A stretch of DNA of 64,000 nt from Podarcis melisellensis (Eukaryota), in NCBI GenBank assembly GCA_964234715.1, contig OZ174281.1. The stretch is one strand, 5' to 3'. Under the pieces are notes generated by a model that had not been told where the DNA came from, did no database searches, and saw only the letters and a program-made list of their open reading frames with translations. Shown here in pieces: positions 62,117 through 64,000 of the stretch (position 1 is its first letter; each line of letters opens with the position of its first letter). The translations under genes and the position numbers were made by a program.

Positions 62117-62343
62117 TCTTCTTTCTTTGGCAATCACTCGTAGCTGAGTAAGATTGTCTTCCATGAACACAGTATTGTCTTTAAGTGACTGTGGAGGCCA
62201 ATTCTGGATCCACACGTCCTTCCACAGCGGGGACACAGGTATCAGAGCAGAAGTTGATTACTGGTGAGGATTTCCCAAATGTGTCTTTCTCTTAGCTATT
62301 TTTCCCTTTCGTCCTGAGTTTGTGTTTCTTCAAAGCCCTTGAC
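62117..62343 (-). mobile_element. RTE-clade LINE 3' fragment
   Basis: Shares GACTGTGGAGGCCAATTCTGGATCCACACGTCCTTCCACAG with 7117-7347; [18 protein letters not shown] finger. Confidence 0.82.
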
Positions 62344-63780
62344 GTGTGTGTTTCCTCTTCCTTCTGCAGTCACATACCGTAGTCGGTGACAATTTGTCCA
62401 CAAACCAGTTGTTGCATGTGGAAATGCCTTGGTGTGTGTGTGTTGGTGTGTGTAAGAGAGAGAGAGCGCAAGAGTGTTTACCTAAAGAAATTATGGATCA
62501 GCAGCATAGATGGCAATTTGTAATGGGCATAAATAAGGGCACAGTGTTTCTAAAATACATAGAAAGAAGATGGCAACGTTAACTGTTTCAACATGAAGTA
62601 TGTTGAAGCAGATAATGATAAAGTTAATACGAGATTTCATAAGAAAGGGGCAGAGAGAACAAGCCAGAAGAAATCTTTTCCAAAAAAAAGTTCTGTCACA
62701 GCATGGAAGTATGGTTCCAAATTGCCTGTGCTTTTCCATTACTAGAATGAAATTAATTACAGCAGTATCCATGCCATACGAACCCAAGTGATATAAACCA
62801 GACACTAAAACGCCTACTCTCCCCCCTTCTGAGTACTTTAAGTTGCTGCCAGATGATCTTGTGAGAAATGGAGGGCATTCTTTCTTTGTTGAATTTGGAT
62901 CTTCAGGGGAGCCTGTGCTAAGAGGCGTGTAGGAGGGTTTGGAGTGAGTAGGTTAAGAGTACCAAACATCTTTCTATTCCCTTGGTGTTTGATATCTGAA
63001 GCTCTTCTGTGCATTGTTCATTGAAATATACTCAATTTCACCGCTAGGGGACATCAAAGATTCATCTTCGAAAAATACTTCACAAAAGCTTGGGGGGGGC
63101 GAACCTGAACTAATGCTTTTAGGCTATTCAGTGCATCTGTAAACGTAGCATTGTAGGTTCATGCTTCAGCCTTGCCTGCCAACTATAGCCAATGAGTATT
63201 TAATATTTAAAATGTGTTTCCTTTGGCTATCAGTTATAACTTATGGCTCTGAGAAGTCTTTGTTTGTTTCAGTGAGGTCATGTTAAAGACCTGGAAGGCA
63301 AGAAGAAGCTGGCTCATCAGGACTAAGTTATGACTTCTTTCTTGGTCTCCCTAGGAGCTCAGCTGGCTTAGCACACATAGGAGGACATTTGCTGGAAATA
63401 AGAATATTCAGCATAGCTCTGGAAACACAAGTATTCCAATAAGTTGGGGTGTCATTAGGTTGCTGACAAATCCCAGGCTTGTTGCTTCCTTGTGGTGATA
63501 GGATGATTAGAATAACCTAACCATGGGCCTCCAGAACTCTGTGGAATATATCCTCTCATTTAGTGGGTGTTTTGTTGGTCTCTTAGAATTATAAAATAAT
63601 AATACACTTTGGTCATCAGTAAAGTCAGGTTTCGATATCAGTTTCATTGTAGTGTCAAAAGATTTGTCTTTGTTGGAATCATTACATTTGTAAAGTGCTA
63701 TTCAACAAGAGCTAGTATAGGAAGTGAATGGGCTTCTTAACCTGAGCTGTACAGTATCTTGATTGCAGTGATAGTTTTAT

Positions 63781-63997
63781 TTGTGGTAGCTCAGGTTAAG
63801 TACTTAATTGGTTCCAGAGGTCCGTTCCTAACCTGAAACTGTACTTAACCTGAAGCACCACTTTAGCTAATGGGGCCTCCTGCTGTGGCCGCATGCGATT
63901 TCTGTTCTCACCCTGAAGCAAAGTTCTTAACCCAAGGTAATATTTCTGGGTTAGCGGAGTCTGTAACCTGAAGCGTATGTAACCCAAGGTACCACTG
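63781..63997 (-). mobile_element. Tigger-like MITE, inverted relative to 54493-54750
   Basis: Reverse complement closely matches the 54493 copy; right end GGTACCACTG-TA. Confidence 0.8.
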
Positions 63998-64000
63998 TAG

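Noticed and set aside
1-64000. CRISPR arrays, rRNA, operons or prokaryotic/phage systems
   Set aside because: This is intron-rich vertebrate DNA; no regularly spaced repeat-spacer arrays or prokaryotic genes were seen.

Overview
This is vertebrate genomic DNA, most likely from a lacertid lizard; that assignment is inferred from the Sauria/POM-type SINEs and squamate-type MITEs. The window holds the conserved RNF19A-SPAG1-POLR2K-FBXO43 gene block. All exons were reconstructed by hand with continuous reading frames and GT-AG boundaries. RNF19A (+) is represented by its last 8 coding exons and 3'UTR. SPAG1 (-) is complete, with 18 coding exons encoding 964 aa. POLR2K (-) is complete at 58 aa, and its last intron is U12-type. 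FBXO43/Emi2 (+) has 4 coding exons encoding 673 aa from ATG 55925. Introns and spacers carry many TE relics: Sauria SINEs, tRNA-derived SINEs, RTE, CR1, L2 and L1 fragments, hAT and Tc1/mariner MITEs, and a probable solo LTR. The most striking observation is an antisense RTE LINE fragment inserted 2 nt into an RNF19A coding exon. Its 14-bp target-site duplication copied the 3' splice site, leaving two acceptors 245 nt apart: the downstream one restores the protein and the upstream one gives a premature stop. Other leads are a degenerate second beta-TrCP degron and a possible overlapping uORF in FBXO43, a solo LTR between the divergent POLR2K and FBXO43 promoters, and an RFX X-box at the SPAG1 promoter. 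Gene names come from recognising the protein sequences; no database search was run.
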